Below, piece after piece: positions 36,770 to 50,436 of a DNA stretch of 64,000 nt. Position 1 is the stretch's first letter. Each line of letters starts with the position of its first letter. The stretch spans positions 102,488,001 through 102,552,000 of the forward strand of contig CM052817.1 of NCBI GenBank assembly GCA_028534125.1, written 5' to 3'. Position numbers and translations under genes: made by a program. Below the pieces are notes generated by a model that was not told where the DNA came from, did not search any database, and saw only the letters and a list, made by a program, of their open reading frames with translations. This DNA is from Lama glama (Eukaryota).

Positions 36770-39700
36770 TTTTTTTTTTTTTTTTGTGAACTTACTACAT
36801 TACATGCAGACAGTAAAGGGCACAATTCATTTGTGAAAGCTTTGTAAATTACCACAGAGGGATCACATCCATGTAACTACCAGGTGAAGACATAAAATAT
36901 CAATACCCTAAAAGGCTCCTTTGTACCCCACTCAGATATTACCCTCTCTCCCCAAAGGAAGCTAGCCTTCTGACTTCTGTTTTTGAAATTTGTACAGCAT
37001 TTTGTATACTTTTGTCTGGCTTATTTTGACATTATGTTTATGAGACTGGCCCATGTTGCTGCATGTAGCCGTTCTGTTCATTCACTCTCACTGGTATAAG
37101 TATTCCAATGAGATGTTTAATTTATTTGCTATTTCTATTGTCAGAAGTTCGAGGTACTTTCAGTTTGGGCTGTTGGAATAACTATACTGCGAAGGTTCTT
37201 GTACATGGTGTTTTTTTGGGGTGTTCATTTGCATGCATTTTTGTTGAGTACATAGATGTAGAAGTGATGGGTCATGTTTTTCAAACTTTAGTAGATCATG
37301 CCAGAATGATTATACCAATTTACAGTTTCCTAGCAGTACATGGGTTTCAGTTGTTCCACTTCCCTGCCAACATGTGGGTATTACCAGTCTTTTAAATTTT
37401 GAATATTCTGGTTAGTATATATTGCTGTCTCATTGAGATATAACTATATCACTGTTTAGTAATGATATTGAGCATCTTTTAATAGGATTATAGGAAATTA
37501 AGATACCCTCTTGATGAAGTCTCTGCTGTTTTAAATCTCTTGTCCCTTTATTGCATGGAGTTGCCTGTTTTTTTTCTTATTACTTAAGATTGTAGCCCTT
37601 TGTTGGATATATATTTGACAGATACCTTCTTCCACTTGATGGCTTACCTTTCTGATCTCTTCACGATTCACTTGGAAAAGAACAGGAGCTCTTAATTTTA
37701 GTATGATTCAATTTATCCATCTTTTAAAGTTAGTACTGTTTGTGCCTTGCTTAAGAAATCTTTGCTTACCTTGAAGTGATGAAATATTCTCCTAATTATC
37801 TTTAAGAAATTTTTTTAATCTTTCAAATTTAGTGTGGTGTGAAAATTGTAGATATATATGTGTGTATACACACGTGCACACACACATAGCTGTGTTTGGT
37901 AGAGAATATCTTCCTTATCTTTTTTTCTTCTTCACAATTATCTTGACTCTTCTCAGCCCTTCTATTTCTATATGAATTTTACAATCACATTGTAAACTTA
38001 TACCAAAAATCCTACTAGGAATTTGATTGGAATTGAATTGAATCTGTGGATCAATTTGTGAAGAAATGACATTTTTATAGTATTGGGCCTTCTGATGCAT
38101 GAAAATTATAGATTTCTCCATTTATTTAGGCCTTCTTTAATTTCTTTAAACATTCAGTAGTTTACTGTGTAAATATTTCCTACATCTTTTGTTAGATTTC
38201 TAGCTATTTAATGTTTTTCAATGCCACTATAAAATATGCCTTTTAATTTCGATTTCTAGTAGTTCCTGTTTATATGAATATAATTTAATTTTATATATGA
38301 AATAAAACTGTTTATTTGATCTAATGATTTGACTCTGCTTTGTTTTAAATTCTCTAAATACACAGTCACATCAAGTGCAAATAGCTTTTTTCTTCCTTTC
38401 TATTCCTACACTTTTCTTTTTTTTCTTGCCTATTTTACTGACTAGGACCACTAGTCCGGCATTGAATACGAAATGGTGATAGAACATATCCTTGTAAACA
38501 TTCAGCATTTCTCCATTAAGGTATGATGTTTGCTGTGGTTTTTTATTATAGAAGCCCTTTATCACATTAAGGATAGTCCCTTCTATTCCTAGTTTGCTAA
38601 GAGTTTTTTTTTTTAAATGGGTAATAAATTTTATTAGATGCTTTTCTGTATCTATTTAGATAATTATATCATTTTTGTCTTACTATTTTAATGTGGTGAA
38701 TTGCATTGTGTGATGTTTGAATGTGACATCAGTCTTGCATGTGGAATAAACCCGGTTTGGTCATGATACATTATCCTTTTTATGTAGTGCTAAATTTGAA
38801 TTTTGATATTTTCTTTAGGATTTTTACATCTGGTGTTACATCTGTTATTCTCCCACAGTTCTGGAGGCAGGCAGTCAGACATTAAGGTGTTGTGGGGCCA
38901 CGCCCCCTCTGAAGCTGATAGGGGAGAATTTCCTTGCTTGCGTTAGCTTTTCGCGTTTGCCAGCAGTCCTTTAGCTCGCTGGCTTGCAGATGCATTACTC
39001 CCAGCTCTGCCTCTGGTGGATATGGTCTTCTTCTCCCTGTCTGCCTCTGTGTCTTCACATGTTACTCTCCGCTCTCTGTTTCCCTGTTCCTGTAAGGATG
39101 TCAGTTGTATCAAGTTAAGGGTCCACCCTACTCCAGTCTGACCTCTTCTTAGCTAATTACATTTGCAATTACCCTGTTTCCAAATAAAGTCACATTTTGA
39201 GGTATTAGGACTTCAGCATATCTTTTTGGGGTACACAGTTCAATTCATATATTAGGGCAGGTCAGTAATCATCTTTAAATTTCTTTAGCTTTCATGATTT
39301 TTGGTCTGCTTATTCTGTTACTAGGAGAGGGTAATGAAAATCTTACACTATGACTACAGATTTATCTTTTCCTCCTTTTGAGTCTGTCAGATTTTTGCTT
39401 TATATATTTGGAGGTTATGTATTAGGTGCATAGACATCTAGAATTGTCAAATTTTCTGGTGAAGTGTATCTTTTATCACTATACTATGTCATTTTATCTC
39501 TGTGATGCATTCCTGCCTCAAAGAATACTATTTCTGATATTAGCATAGACTTTTAAGCTTTCTTCTGGTTAGAGTTGCATATATATATTTTTTCATTATT
39601 TAACTTTTCCTTTTCCTGCATCTTAGCCTTAAGATGAGCACAATATATAGTTAGGTTTTGTTGTTGTTGCCATTGCTTGTTTTTGCTGGGAGTCTGTGTT

Positions 39701-41590
39701 TTGAATGGTCAGCTTGCATTGAATGTACTTACTGATGTGCTTAGAATTAAGTCTCTTGTCTTGCCGTTTGCGTTCTATTCCTTGTCCCTGTTCTGTTTCC
39801 CGTTTCTCCTTTCTTGCCTTCTTTTGATGGATTCTTTCTTTGCCATTTTTTTTTTCGTTTAGCTGTATTAGTCCTAGAATCTTTATTATACTTTTAGTGA
39901 TTACCCTGGAGACTCCAAAGTGTATTCTTAGCTTACTGAAGTCTAATATTAATTAGTGCTTTTATTCGATTCCAGACAGTGCAAGGACTTTAGTACACTT
40001 CAATTTTTAAAATTTTCTCTTCCAATTTGTATAGTGTCTTGATATTTCCATATGTCTTAAACCTATGTTTTAACTCCCTACATACCTAATTATAGTAGTA
40101 TTTAGTTAATATATATTTGTATCAATTACCATTTACATATTATTTCCTCTGCTCTTTATTTTCTCCTGTATCACTCAACTTCCACTATGATTATTTCTTT
40201 ATTCTGTCAAAGAACATTCATTTGTGCTTTCTATGGTATGAATATGCTTATGGCAGATTACCTCAGTTTTGTTTGCCTGAGTCTGTCTTTAATTCATTTG
40301 CCTTTTGAAAGGGTATTTACTCGATTAGTAGTTACTTTCCTTCAGTTCTTTGAGATTATTAATTCCATTTACGTCTTCCCTCTTTGTTGTTCGTGTTGAG
40401 AAGTCAGCTGTAATTTGCTTATTACTCCAGTTCTGTTGTAAACTCTGCCCTCTCTGGCTACTTTCAATGTTTTCTTTTTATTTGTGATTTTCAGAAGTGT
40501 TACTAGATAGATTTATGTGTAGTTTCTTAGTTTAACTTAATTGGGACTTTCATCACCTCTAAAATCTGTGGATCAATGTATATCACTTGTTTTAGAAAGT
40601 TCTAAACTATTCTGTTTTCATATATTGCTTTTATCCTGTTTTCTCTTTCCTTTCTATATGGTTCTCCAATGACACGTATGTTAAGATCTTCTTACTGTGG
40701 CCTACGTATCTATTATGTTCTTTATGTACTTCTCCATCCTTTTGTATATTTGATCTGCATATTTTCTTCAGGCCTGTCTTTTGGTTCTTGAATTTTTTTC
40801 ATCTGTGTCTCACATGATAAAGACATTCATTTGGAGTCATTTCTCAGTCCTAAAATTTCATTTGACTCTTTTTTATGATTTCCACTTTTCCTCCAAAATT
40901 TTTAGTCGTATTTTTCACTTCCTTGAGCATATTATCATAATTACTTTAATATCCAGTTGTGAAAACATTACATTTCCTGTAAATGTGTTACTGTTGATTT
41001 TTGTTTCTGGTGGTTTTAGGGCATATTTTTTTTATCACTTTTTATGACTGGTTAGTTTTGACTGAATATCAGACACTGTATATGAAAAACGTGGAGATAA
41101 TTTAAAAGCTAACCTGCAGCAGCATGTTTATTCAGAGAGGTTTTATTTTTGCTTCAGAAAGGGAACCAAAGGATTGACAGTCCCAGATTGCCTTAATTCA
41201 GGCAGGGATTGAGAAGATTTGAATTTTACTTTAGTCATCATCAAAGTTGGTCCACTTCTGGATTAGTTTTGTTCGGGGTTCCAGACATGTCTCATCAGTA
41301 GCTCCTCAGCTCCAGTCTTTGTCCACCGGTCCTCAGAAATGTGTCTCTCTCTTGCCATCTTCCCTTGCCTCTCAGATCCCTCTTTGGAACTGGCCAATCC
41401 TTCTAAGGTAAACATAATTCCAAAGATACGCACACCTCGGTGGGTTTCCTTCTTGTCTAAGATCATAGCCCTGCAGTTGTCTGTCTTGGCCATTCCCAGC
41501 CCTTTCAGATAGGCAGCTCTGCTTTAATAACTGCCTGCATACTCTGGTTCTCATGGGGAGGGTTGATTAGTGTTACCTATTTCATGATGT
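36770..41590 (-). mobile_element. Cluster of old antisense L1 fragments
   Basis: L1 3' signatures at 36.8-37.8 kb. ORF2-like remnants in the ORF track (SQIDPQIQFNSNQIP; KPQQTSYLNGEML). T-rich L1 body to about 41 kb, interrupted by an MLT1 LTR. Confidence 0.75.
38843..39250 (-). mobile_element. MLT1 (MaLR) solo LTR
   Basis: ttattctcccacagttctggaggc...taattacatttgcaattaccctgtttccaaataaagtcacattttgaggtattagg...acacagttcaattcata. Confidence 0.85.
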
Positions 41591-42329
41591 GAAAATCAGA
41601 AAGTAATGTGACTATTTTTTTCTGCTGAGCTATAATCTTTAAGGTGGCTGTTCAAAAATCTATAGTTTTATGTGACTCATAAAACATTTTTCATTTGTTC
41701 ATACTTACATGCAGTTTCTTAGCATAAATTTAGGTGTACATACCTACCAGAAAGCTGTAAGGCATGTGAAGAGAGAGCCACTGAAATGGATGGATGTCCA
41801 AAGTTGTCCTATATATGGTTAAGTTAGGCTTCGAGTAGACAAAGTTTAGCTCTTAATAAGCAAAATGTTTTTTGAAGTTTAGTATTATTTTGGCCATTAA
41901 TTTCTTTTTAAGACAAAGCAAGGTTATTGGTTTTTTTTTCAAATTCACTTACATATTTTGACTATCTGCTTATCAAAAACTGGGCAATCTCATTTGTTTT
42001 TAAAATCCTTTTCTTATGTTATTAGTAGAATAGTACTTCTTAGAAAAACAACTCATGAGGACTTATTTTGTATAGAAAGGTGTATTTATTTCTGTTAATG
42101 TATTAACTCATGATTTTCATTCCAACAACAAAAATACAGTTCTCTTTGTTCATCTTTGCAGAACTTTGGAAATAACTATTTATCACTTGTTTCTTTTCCT
42201 CTAAATTTATTTTCATATTTACTGATCAGAAAGTTTGTAACTAAAGTCATCAAGGATTCCATACACTTCCAAGACAGGGATAACATTAGTCTGCAGACTC
42301 AAATTTTTTTCTGTCTTCACTGCTTACAG

Positions 42330-42385
42330 ACAGGGAACACAGTCTCTTCAGCCTGGACCTATGTAGAAGAATTTGGAGAAAATAA
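42330..42385 (+). CDS. RBM46: RBM46 alternative exon (42330-42389) encoding a basic C-terminus; 485-aa isoform
   Basis: Acceptor tttttttctgtcttcactgcttacag| and donor GCAG|GTAAGA at 42389/42390. Phase 1 gives DREHSLFSLDLCRRIWRK*; 1402+56 = 1458 nt = 485 aa, a length I recall for a mammalian RBM46 isoform. Confidence 0.85.
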
Positions 42386-42929
42386 GCAGGTAAGAAAAAG
42401 TCTCAGGAATATTAAGTGATATGTTTAGTTTTCAAAAGCCAGTTATAAAGTATTCTTCTTACGGTTTTAAGAAGAAACATTTTAAATTGTCCAGTGAAAC
42501 CTTGTGAAAATTTTTGATTATTACGGCTTTTTAATTATAGACTCATTAAGCAGTTTTAAAAGGTTAAACTGGTTTTCATATTTCAGTTCTTCTCAAAACT
42601 TTTAACATGTACATTGTGAGCCACAAAGATGGCAAACAGTATTTTACGGTAGATGTAGTTGGAATGAATGTATTATAAGTAGATTACCCAGAATTTCTCA
42701 AACTTACTTGAAAATTGAACCCTAATTTTTTTCAAACTTACTAAACCAAAATTATTATTGATACAATTTAGAATAAAAGTTCTGTTTATTAGGATTCGCT
42801 GTTTAGTTTTTCCAGCATGGTACTGAGAAGGATAGTTTTAGGAGGAAGTTAAAAGGTAGTTTATATTTTTAATGAAGATTATTACTATCCAAACTCCTTT
42901 TTATGTGTAGAGGCAAAAAATGTAGTCCC

Positions 42930-43115
42930 TTGGGTAGCAATCCACATGTTCCTGAGGAAGTTAATTCATCTTTCTCTGCCCCAATTTACTCCTTGTTAAA
43001 AAGAAAAATAATAGCACTTATCTTGTAAAGCTATTGTAAGGATTAAATAGTACCCATCTTGTAAAGTTATTTTTGACACTTAGTAAGTGCTCAGTAAAGA
43101 CTAGCTGTTATTAAT
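42930..43115 (+). mobile_element. MIR SINE
   Basis: tctctgccccaatttactcc...taatagcacttatcttgtaaagctattgtaaggattaaat...tagtaagtgctcagtaaa. Confidence 0.65.
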
Positions 43116-44057
43116 ATAACTTACACTTCGGATACAAAGAAATACATTTATTATGCTTGAAACTTAAAACTGTTTAGATCTTAAATCTTAGCATAAAAAT
43201 TCAAATATGTAATGATATGGTCCAAACTGCCTTTCCTACAAGTTCTTATAGTTCAGATTTTGAATTATGAGGACTAATTTTACTGATGGAAAAGAAACTT
43301 TGAAGAGAGTTGCTATCTTTCCTGAGGCTTTTATGTTCTCATCACTTTTGCTCAGATAGTTTTTCTGTTGAGCTACAGTTTTCGATCTGTACTGAAGACT
43401 AGTTTACTACAGCTCAGATCATAATTTTCCCTTTCATAGGCTAGTCTTTTATACTCTCTTTCCAAACGGTATAGAAACTAGCATTAAAAGGAATCTGACA
43501 TATGAATCTCTTAATACAGAGGTAGCAGACTGGAAGCTCTAGATATGGCTTGTTTGGTCTCGAGTTTTTTGAAAGGAACGCAACTAGGCTTCGTTTCGGT
43601 ACAAATAGACACCTGTTGTTTTACGTTCGGTCCTTTTTGAGTTCTTTTTTTGGTTGTTACATCTTGGTCTCTGAAGGCATTTGAGTTTGTAATTGCTGTG
43701 CTTAACATTTTAAGAATTTTTCTGATTTGTTTTTCATGTTTTCCCATTATATATTATCCCTATTAAAAGTTCTTCTGAAAATGGTTTGCAGAGTTTTTCA
43801 GTGAAATAACTGTTTCTATGGTCAAGTGTGGGAAGACCCATGTACTGTATACTCCCCTTGGAAAATCATAATGCATGTTAGCATATTGAACAATTGTAAT
43901 AGCAGTCTGCCTAGCTGTTAAGCCCAAACCCATCTTTCCTAAGATTTTCCCAAGATTTTTTTGGCTGAGGGATTTGTTTTGAGGTACTTGAATTATGTGG
44001 TATATAGTTTGGAAAACACTTAAGGTAACCCAAAGAAACGCTTGGGATTTCTTTATA

Positions 44058-44280
44058 ATTTTTTTGAGGTATAATTGAAATACAGTAAAATGGACATATT
44101 TGAAGTGTACCCTTTTGTCAGTTCTGCTTTATACATCTGTGAAATGACACCCATGATCAAGAAAATAAAGATTTCCGTCACCTCTACTATAACCCATTAC
44201 TTCTCCTATCCTCTTTCCTAGGCAACCACTGAACTGATTGCTGTCACTGTAGTGACGTTAGTTTGCATTTGCTAGAGTTT
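44058..44280 (-). mobile_element. Old L1 3' tail fragment
   Basis: ttttttgaggtataattgaaatacagtaaaatggacatatttgaagtgtac...ctaggcaaccactga. Confidence 0.65.
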
Positions 44281-45334
44281 CAAACCCTTGTTTTTGAAAA
44301 TTTAAATTATAATCTTTAAATACTTTAGAATCAAACAGCTGTAATTTCTTAAAAATAAAAGCACAGATATCTGACAGTATATGTTTGTGGTAATTGTTAT
44401 AAAGTATCAAAGTTTCACAGTAAGGATTTATTGCTCTTTTAAAATTATATTGGAAAATACATTTTAAATTAAAAATAATTTACTTAAAAACAAAACCAGA
44501 TGATTTTCTCCAAAATTGAATCTAAAAAAATATAATTACTCTAGTAAAAATAAAGAACTAACTAGAACTTTATAAGGAAGCAATTATAGACAGAAACTTT
44601 CTTTCTTATCCAGCTATCTGTTACTAAGACTATATACTCAAAGCCTCCTATGAATCGTCTTAAAACAATAATACTGACCTACGCTATTCTGTGGGCCTAG
44701 TCTTAAAAAAAAAACATTGGTTACTTCAAGTCTACTGTTTGCCCTTTCCTGTCAGTCACCTGGTAGGAAAAGTAAGTAGAAAATAAAAATAATTTTTCAA
44801 AATTTAATTATCATAGTACCCTTTCCCAGTAAATGAGTAAAAATGCCACTGAATTTGATAACACTAGTGTATTCTGACTGAAAGCATCACTTAAAAATTT
44901 TTAGTTACTGATTTAAAAATATTTCCTAGGTTATAAGATGCTTAATAATTAGCAGTTCTGAAAATTCTTTCCTCTCCTTTATCGTTAGCTCTTGATTTTC
45001 TATACTAGGACAGAAAGTACAAAATAATAAATGATGAATATTATTTATATTCTAATATAGATGTTTTTTTCTCTGTGTTAAATCCAGCCATATTGTATGT
45101 TCTGGGTGTATATAATAAATGCCGTTAAAAAATTTTTGTTTTCCAGATGAAATTCAGTGATTCAGTAAGTTACTGAGTTATTACAGTATGGCTATTTGAA
45201 TGTTAGAAATGGAAATAATAAAGTGTGAAATTAATTTTTTTCAAAAATTTTCATAAAGATCTTACAGAAATTTAAAGAAATGTTTAAAATATGTATTAAA
45301 GGTATAGGAAAGGTATTTCATCAGTCAATATCAG

Positions 45335-45885
45335 ATGCTTCACTCTCATACATTGGTGCTGGGAGTGCTTAAATGGTATACAGCTGCCTGGGAAACAGTT
45401 GGCAGTACCTCAAGAAGTGAAACCTAGAGTTTACCGTATGACCCAGCAACTCCATTCCTAGGTACTTAACTCAAGAGAATTAAAGTCACATGTCCACACA
45501 AAATCTGGTGCACATTATTGCTTAGCAGCATCATTCCTAACAGATGAATGGATAAACAAAATGTAGCCTCTTCATACAATGGGTATAAAAAGAATGAAGT
45601 TCTGATATATGCTATATGGATGAACCTTGAAAACGTTATGCTGAGAAGCCAGTTTAAAAAGACCACGTAAATTGTATGATTCCACTTATATGAAAAATCC
45701 AAAATAGGCAAATCTGTAGAAACAGAAATTAGTGGCTGTTGGGGCTGGAGGAGGGGGAATGGGGAGTGACTGCTGGTAGATACAGAGTTTCTGCTGAGGG
45801 TGATGAAAATGTTCTGGATAGTGGTGTTGGTTGCACATCTTTGTGAATATACTAAAAATCACTGAATTGGACATTTTAAAAGGTA
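45335..45885 (+). mobile_element. L1MB-like 3' end
   Basis: ctctcatacattggtgctgggagtg...ccgtatgacccagcaactccattcctagg...gatgaatggataaacaaaatg...atggatgaaccttgaaaacgttatgct...ggggagtgactgct. Confidence 0.85.
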
Positions 45886-47064
45886 CATCAAAAAAGAAGG
45901 GGTGGATGTACAGGTGGAACTCTAGAGGGTGGAGCTAACAAAGGGAAAAAGTCCAATTATGAGGAATTTACTCTTTCATAGAAAATTTATTTAAAGAGTA
46001 TGTGGTCAGAAACAAGCTAAAAGAAAAAGAGCCAAAATTAATATGAGAAGACGCTTTCATTGAATTCACTTTGAAGTCTCTATTAAGGGTTTTCTCCTTC
46101 TTTATGTGAAACAGAAAAGCAGCTAGAGAATCTGTGATATTTGGTCAATATGTGTAAGAGAATTAGAAACAAAAAATAAGACAAATATAGAGATAAATCA
46201 GCATGCGTCCATTGCTTAGATTTCCTTAAGGAACATTGTGGTGGTATTTGTCTCTTGTGTCGGACAGAGGAAGGGAGTAGTCCGCATTATAATCGCTAGA
46301 AGCGGGACTGGCGAGCGGCTGTGAATGTGCTGCAGGCCTCTGCACTGTTCTCCTGTCAGATGTGGTGCCACAGTTACCACTCACTTTCCTGCCCGTTCCA
46401 GACACAGCTTCAGGATTCTTTGGAATCCAGGGTCCTTTTAGCCTTTACTACTTGATTAGAGTTGGCACTGAAGTTTAAGCCTGTTTACTAGTCTTTACAT
46501 AGATCAGTGTTAGTCTATGAAAATATTTGTTTTCATTCAAAATATAAATGTGAAATTTTAGAGGATTTGATCAAAATGCTGTCTCTAATAATTATATTAA
46601 AGCATTATAATGGAGCAAGTAATACAGTTTTTGCAAAAGGGTCTTTTCATCAAATGAAGTACTACATAAAAGTTTAGCATATAAAAGCAAAGGAATGCAG
46701 AGCTGGGTGGTTGAAATGGGAAGTTTGGGGGTGGGTAGGTGCAAACAAAAGCCAGGTAGCCTAAAGCACCATCTACTTTATTTCCATCCCCCTGCTTACG
46801 GCAACCTTTTGAGATAGTTTCTCTCAACTCAGTTTTGAGAAGATTGCCAAAGTAAAATGCTTGATCAAGTGGCAGTAATACTTTCCTAGGAACTGAGAGG
46901 CCTAATTTAACCATGGTGGTATGGAACACTTAGTCAGCCATTTTTTTGTCTATATCATTCTTCAGTGAAAAAGATGGTTTGAATTAGAGACTTCTGAGGA
47001 CTCAACTCTTCTTCGTTTAATATTTTGATTTGGAAAATCTGATTAGCCGAAAGCTTTATTGATA

Positions 47065-47885
47065 TCAACAATAAAAAGACAAAACCAATAAGAATGGTCA
47101 AAGGGCTTGAACAGATACTTCACTAAAGATGTTCAAATGATCACTCAACACATTATTGATCATAAGGGAAATCCAAATTAAAACCAAAATGAGATACCAT
47201 TTCACATCACTGGAATAGCAGTGATTAAAAACACTGACAATATCAAATGTTGGTGAGGGTGTGGAGCAACTGGAACTCTCATATTTTATTGATGCGAGTG
47301 TAAAAATGGTCACATTAGAGCACTGTTTGGTAGTATATATCCCTACCCTATGACCCAGTAATTCTACTCTACTGTTTACCTCAGACAAATGAAAATAGAT
47401 ACCCACAAAAAGACTTGTATAAGAATGTGTATAACAGCCTTATTCATAATATTTAAAATTTAGAAACAACCCAGATCTTTATCAACAGGTAAATAGATAA
47501 AGGAATTATGGTGTATTCATACAGTGGAATACTATTCAACAATAAAAAGGAACAAACGACTGATACACACAACATGAATGAATCTTGGAAATTATGTTGA
47601 GAGGGAGAAGATAGACATAAAAATACTTTTAAGAAATACATTTTATATGAAGTCTAAGAATGGTCTATAAACTATGCTTATCGTGATAGAAATCAGAAAG
47701 TGGTTGCCTCCAACAGAAGGGCTCTTGACTGGAAAAGAATAATGGGAACGTCTAGATTGATGGATATGTTTTTTATCTTGTTTTGGGTGCTGGTTACATA
47801 GGTTTATATAGTTATCAGAACTCATTGAAATGAACACGTAGGATGTATGCATTTTATGATATGTAAATTGTTCCTTAATTTAAGA
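47065..47885 (+). mobile_element. Old L1 (L1MC/ME-like) ORF2 end and 3' UTR
   Basis: cttgaacagatacttcactaaag...aaattaaaaccaaaatgagataccatttcac...gttggtgagggtgtggagcaactggaactctc. Confidence 0.85.
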
Positions 47886-48494
47886 AGTGTTAGGCAGTTG
47901 AATAATTCCCAGTGTAAAACTTAAATTCTGAAACTGGCTCTGTATTGTTCCTTTAAGAAGGGGAAAGGGGAGTACAGAGCCCAGTCTAAGGCAGAAACAG
48001 TGGGTTTGAAGAGCTAAGGATGTTCATTGGGAAGGAAAACCAGGGGTGGGCTAGTAAGTATATGCTAGGAACTTTAATTCATTTATTGATTTGTTGTTTC
48101 ATAGAAATCAGTGATGCTTTCTGAGTTTTACTGTCAGTGATACATAAATTGTATGTTAGAGGAAAACATGATTCATCAAGGTTTATCTCACTAGTTACTA
48201 AGTTTGATATGTATTCCTATTTTCAAATCACCCAGATATTTTTCTGAAATATTTAGATTCTTAGATTGTTAAAAAAAATTATTTTGAAATGCTTAAAAAC
48301 ATCAGAAGCCGTTTGTTTCCTAATCTTTGTAGTATTGGGGGGGGGATTTTTTTCTCTTAATTTATTATCCTCTATGGATAAAGTCATCAAAGAGAACTTT
48401 TAATTTTATATTTTTGTTTACTCTCCTTAAAAATGTGAGAATACAGCAGTCCATTAATGTATTTCTTAAATATTTTTGTCTTTTTTAAGGCTCT

Positions 48495-48585
48495 TTTTAA
48501 TTTTTTTTTTTAATTTACTTTGGGTGGGGAGGAGGGGGAGTTGATTAGGTTTCCTTTAGTGTATTTTAAAATGTTTACAGGAGGC
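48495..48585 (-). mobile_element. 5'-truncated Vic-1-like SINE tail
   Basis: Reverse complement cctcc...aaacctaatcaactccccctcctccccaccc...A-rich tail matches the 3' half of the SINE at 10229. Confidence 0.55.
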
Positions 48586-49176
48586 GAATATTGGAGATAA
48601 AAATTTTCAGACCTAATAAGCACTCTGCCGGTAGTCAGTTGTCTATCTTCTTTGTGAAATCTTCCTCAAAGGTCTCTCTATCCATGTTTCATGAATAAGC
48701 TGCATTAGCTCTTGAGGGGATAGAAACCTAAAGTAAAAGTGACCTCTGAAAGCTACGTTTCCCCACCTCCAGAAGTAACTATTTAAAGATCTGCTCTTCT
48801 AAATAATGTTGTCTATGAGCACACTGTTAAAATCTGAAAGAGCTAGTTGTATCATGTATATATGGCTGATAAAGAATTGACTGTATTTGTGCAATAATCT
48901 TTAGAAGAAGAGAATCCTTGAGTTATCCTACTTTGGATATTAGAAAGGCACATGGTATCAAAGTAATTCCTTACCCATTTCAAAACACTGAAAATATTTT
49001 GAACTGGATGCCTTAAATGTATTTATGTCTTCTTGGAAAAAAGCTGCTTTTAATTAATCTTATCATACCATTAATACAAATAAAAAGGTTAAAAATTATT
49101 TTAGTTGGTTTTACAATGCTAGAAATTAAACCTATATTTAACTGATTTTTAATTTTTCCATTTTTTTCTTAACTAG

Positions 49177-49187
49177 GTCCTTTCTGA
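49177..49187 (+). CDS. RBM46: RBM46 alternative 3' acceptor giving ...LHLGPF*; 470-aa isoform
   Basis: Branch-like aactgat at about 49140, T-rich tract, ttttttcttaactag|GT CCT TTC TGA in phase 1; 1402+11 = 1413 nt = 470 aa. The 3' end of this exon is not determined. Confidence 0.65.
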
Positions 49188-50236
49188 TGTTGCTTGAGCT
49201 TATTCTCCTGCAGTTGATCTCATTCCTGTTGGCTTAATATAAAGTCCATGACAACACTAAGTTAACGCTCACGTTTTAGGCCTCATTTATAGTACCAGGA
49301 AAATACAGAAAAAATTTTACCTGTACATTAGATGACTTAATTTCTTCCACTCCTAGAAACACCATAAGTTATATAAATAATCATTTTATAGTCATTTTCA
49401 CACCCTTGGCTTACTCTACACTAAAGAACATAGTTGAGTTTTTGGAAAGTACAGGATTTACAGATTTGGTCTTTAATACTCACACACATCTATAAACATA
49501 ATTAATGAAGCAAGAAATTATTGGTACAGAAGATGAATGTTTATTGTGGAACAGTAATATTTCAAATACTGTTTTAAAAAATTTGGTTTAATTTTGGGGT
49601 TTTCCTATACTATAAATTGATAATGGTTTCTTGAAGTTTATTTTATAAAAATGACTTACTTTACTGTTTTAAGGTACCAGTAGGATTCTGATGTTAAATT
49701 GGTTTGTTGAGTTGTATAAATGTTTATGTTAGTATTTAAATAATGAAATATTAGACAATATTTCAATCCAGGGGTGAATTTTTCTGCTGGTTTTATACCT
49801 AATGCAGTTTCAAAAAAGAAGCAAATATGAATTCACTGTTTTTTATCTTTTCTTCATGGACCACACCTTAGTGTCAGTACCAAATCTGAAAAGAGCTTCG
49901 TTGTGGATGGAAATCAGAGGCTCTCTTTCTCAGTGATCATAAAAAGACACAAAACAATTAATAGATATCTAAGAAATAGATACCTAAGAATGCATTTTAG
50001 TGAGATCTCTGAAGCACTGTGTCAGTGAGAGAAATGTAGTATTGACCGATGAGAATACCACGATTTGCAATACAGTGAATGCTGAAACAGCCTTTACTAG
50101 TAATACAGTATTATCAGGATTTTGAATGTTAGAACATTATGTTGAACTGTGATTATAGTTTTAATGCTTTGTCTATTTGAATTAAATTTGTAAGCATAAA
50201 GATGTGCAGCATAATTGTTCATGTATTTATTTACAG

Positions 50237-50436
50237 ACTACAATTTCCGTCGCAGCTCGGTAAATAGTCTTTCCCCCGTTAGTGCTACCCTCTCTTCTGG
50301 GACTCCCAGCGTGCTTCCTTATACTTCAAGGCCTTGTTCTTATCCGAGCTATCCCTTGTCACCACCAGTGTCACTTGCTAATGGCAGCCATGTTGGACAG
50401 CGACTATATATCTCCAATCAGGCCTCATTCTTCTGA
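50237..50436 (+). CDS. RBM46: RBM46 terminal coding exon (Ser/Pro/Tyr-rich tail); 533-aa isoform
   Basis: tatttatttacag|AC TAC in phase 1 gives DYNFRRSSVNSLSPVSATLSSGTPSVLPYTSRPCSYPSYPLSPPVSLANGSHVGQRLYISNQASFF*. Total CDS 151+468+783+200 = 1602 nt. Confidence 0.93.
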
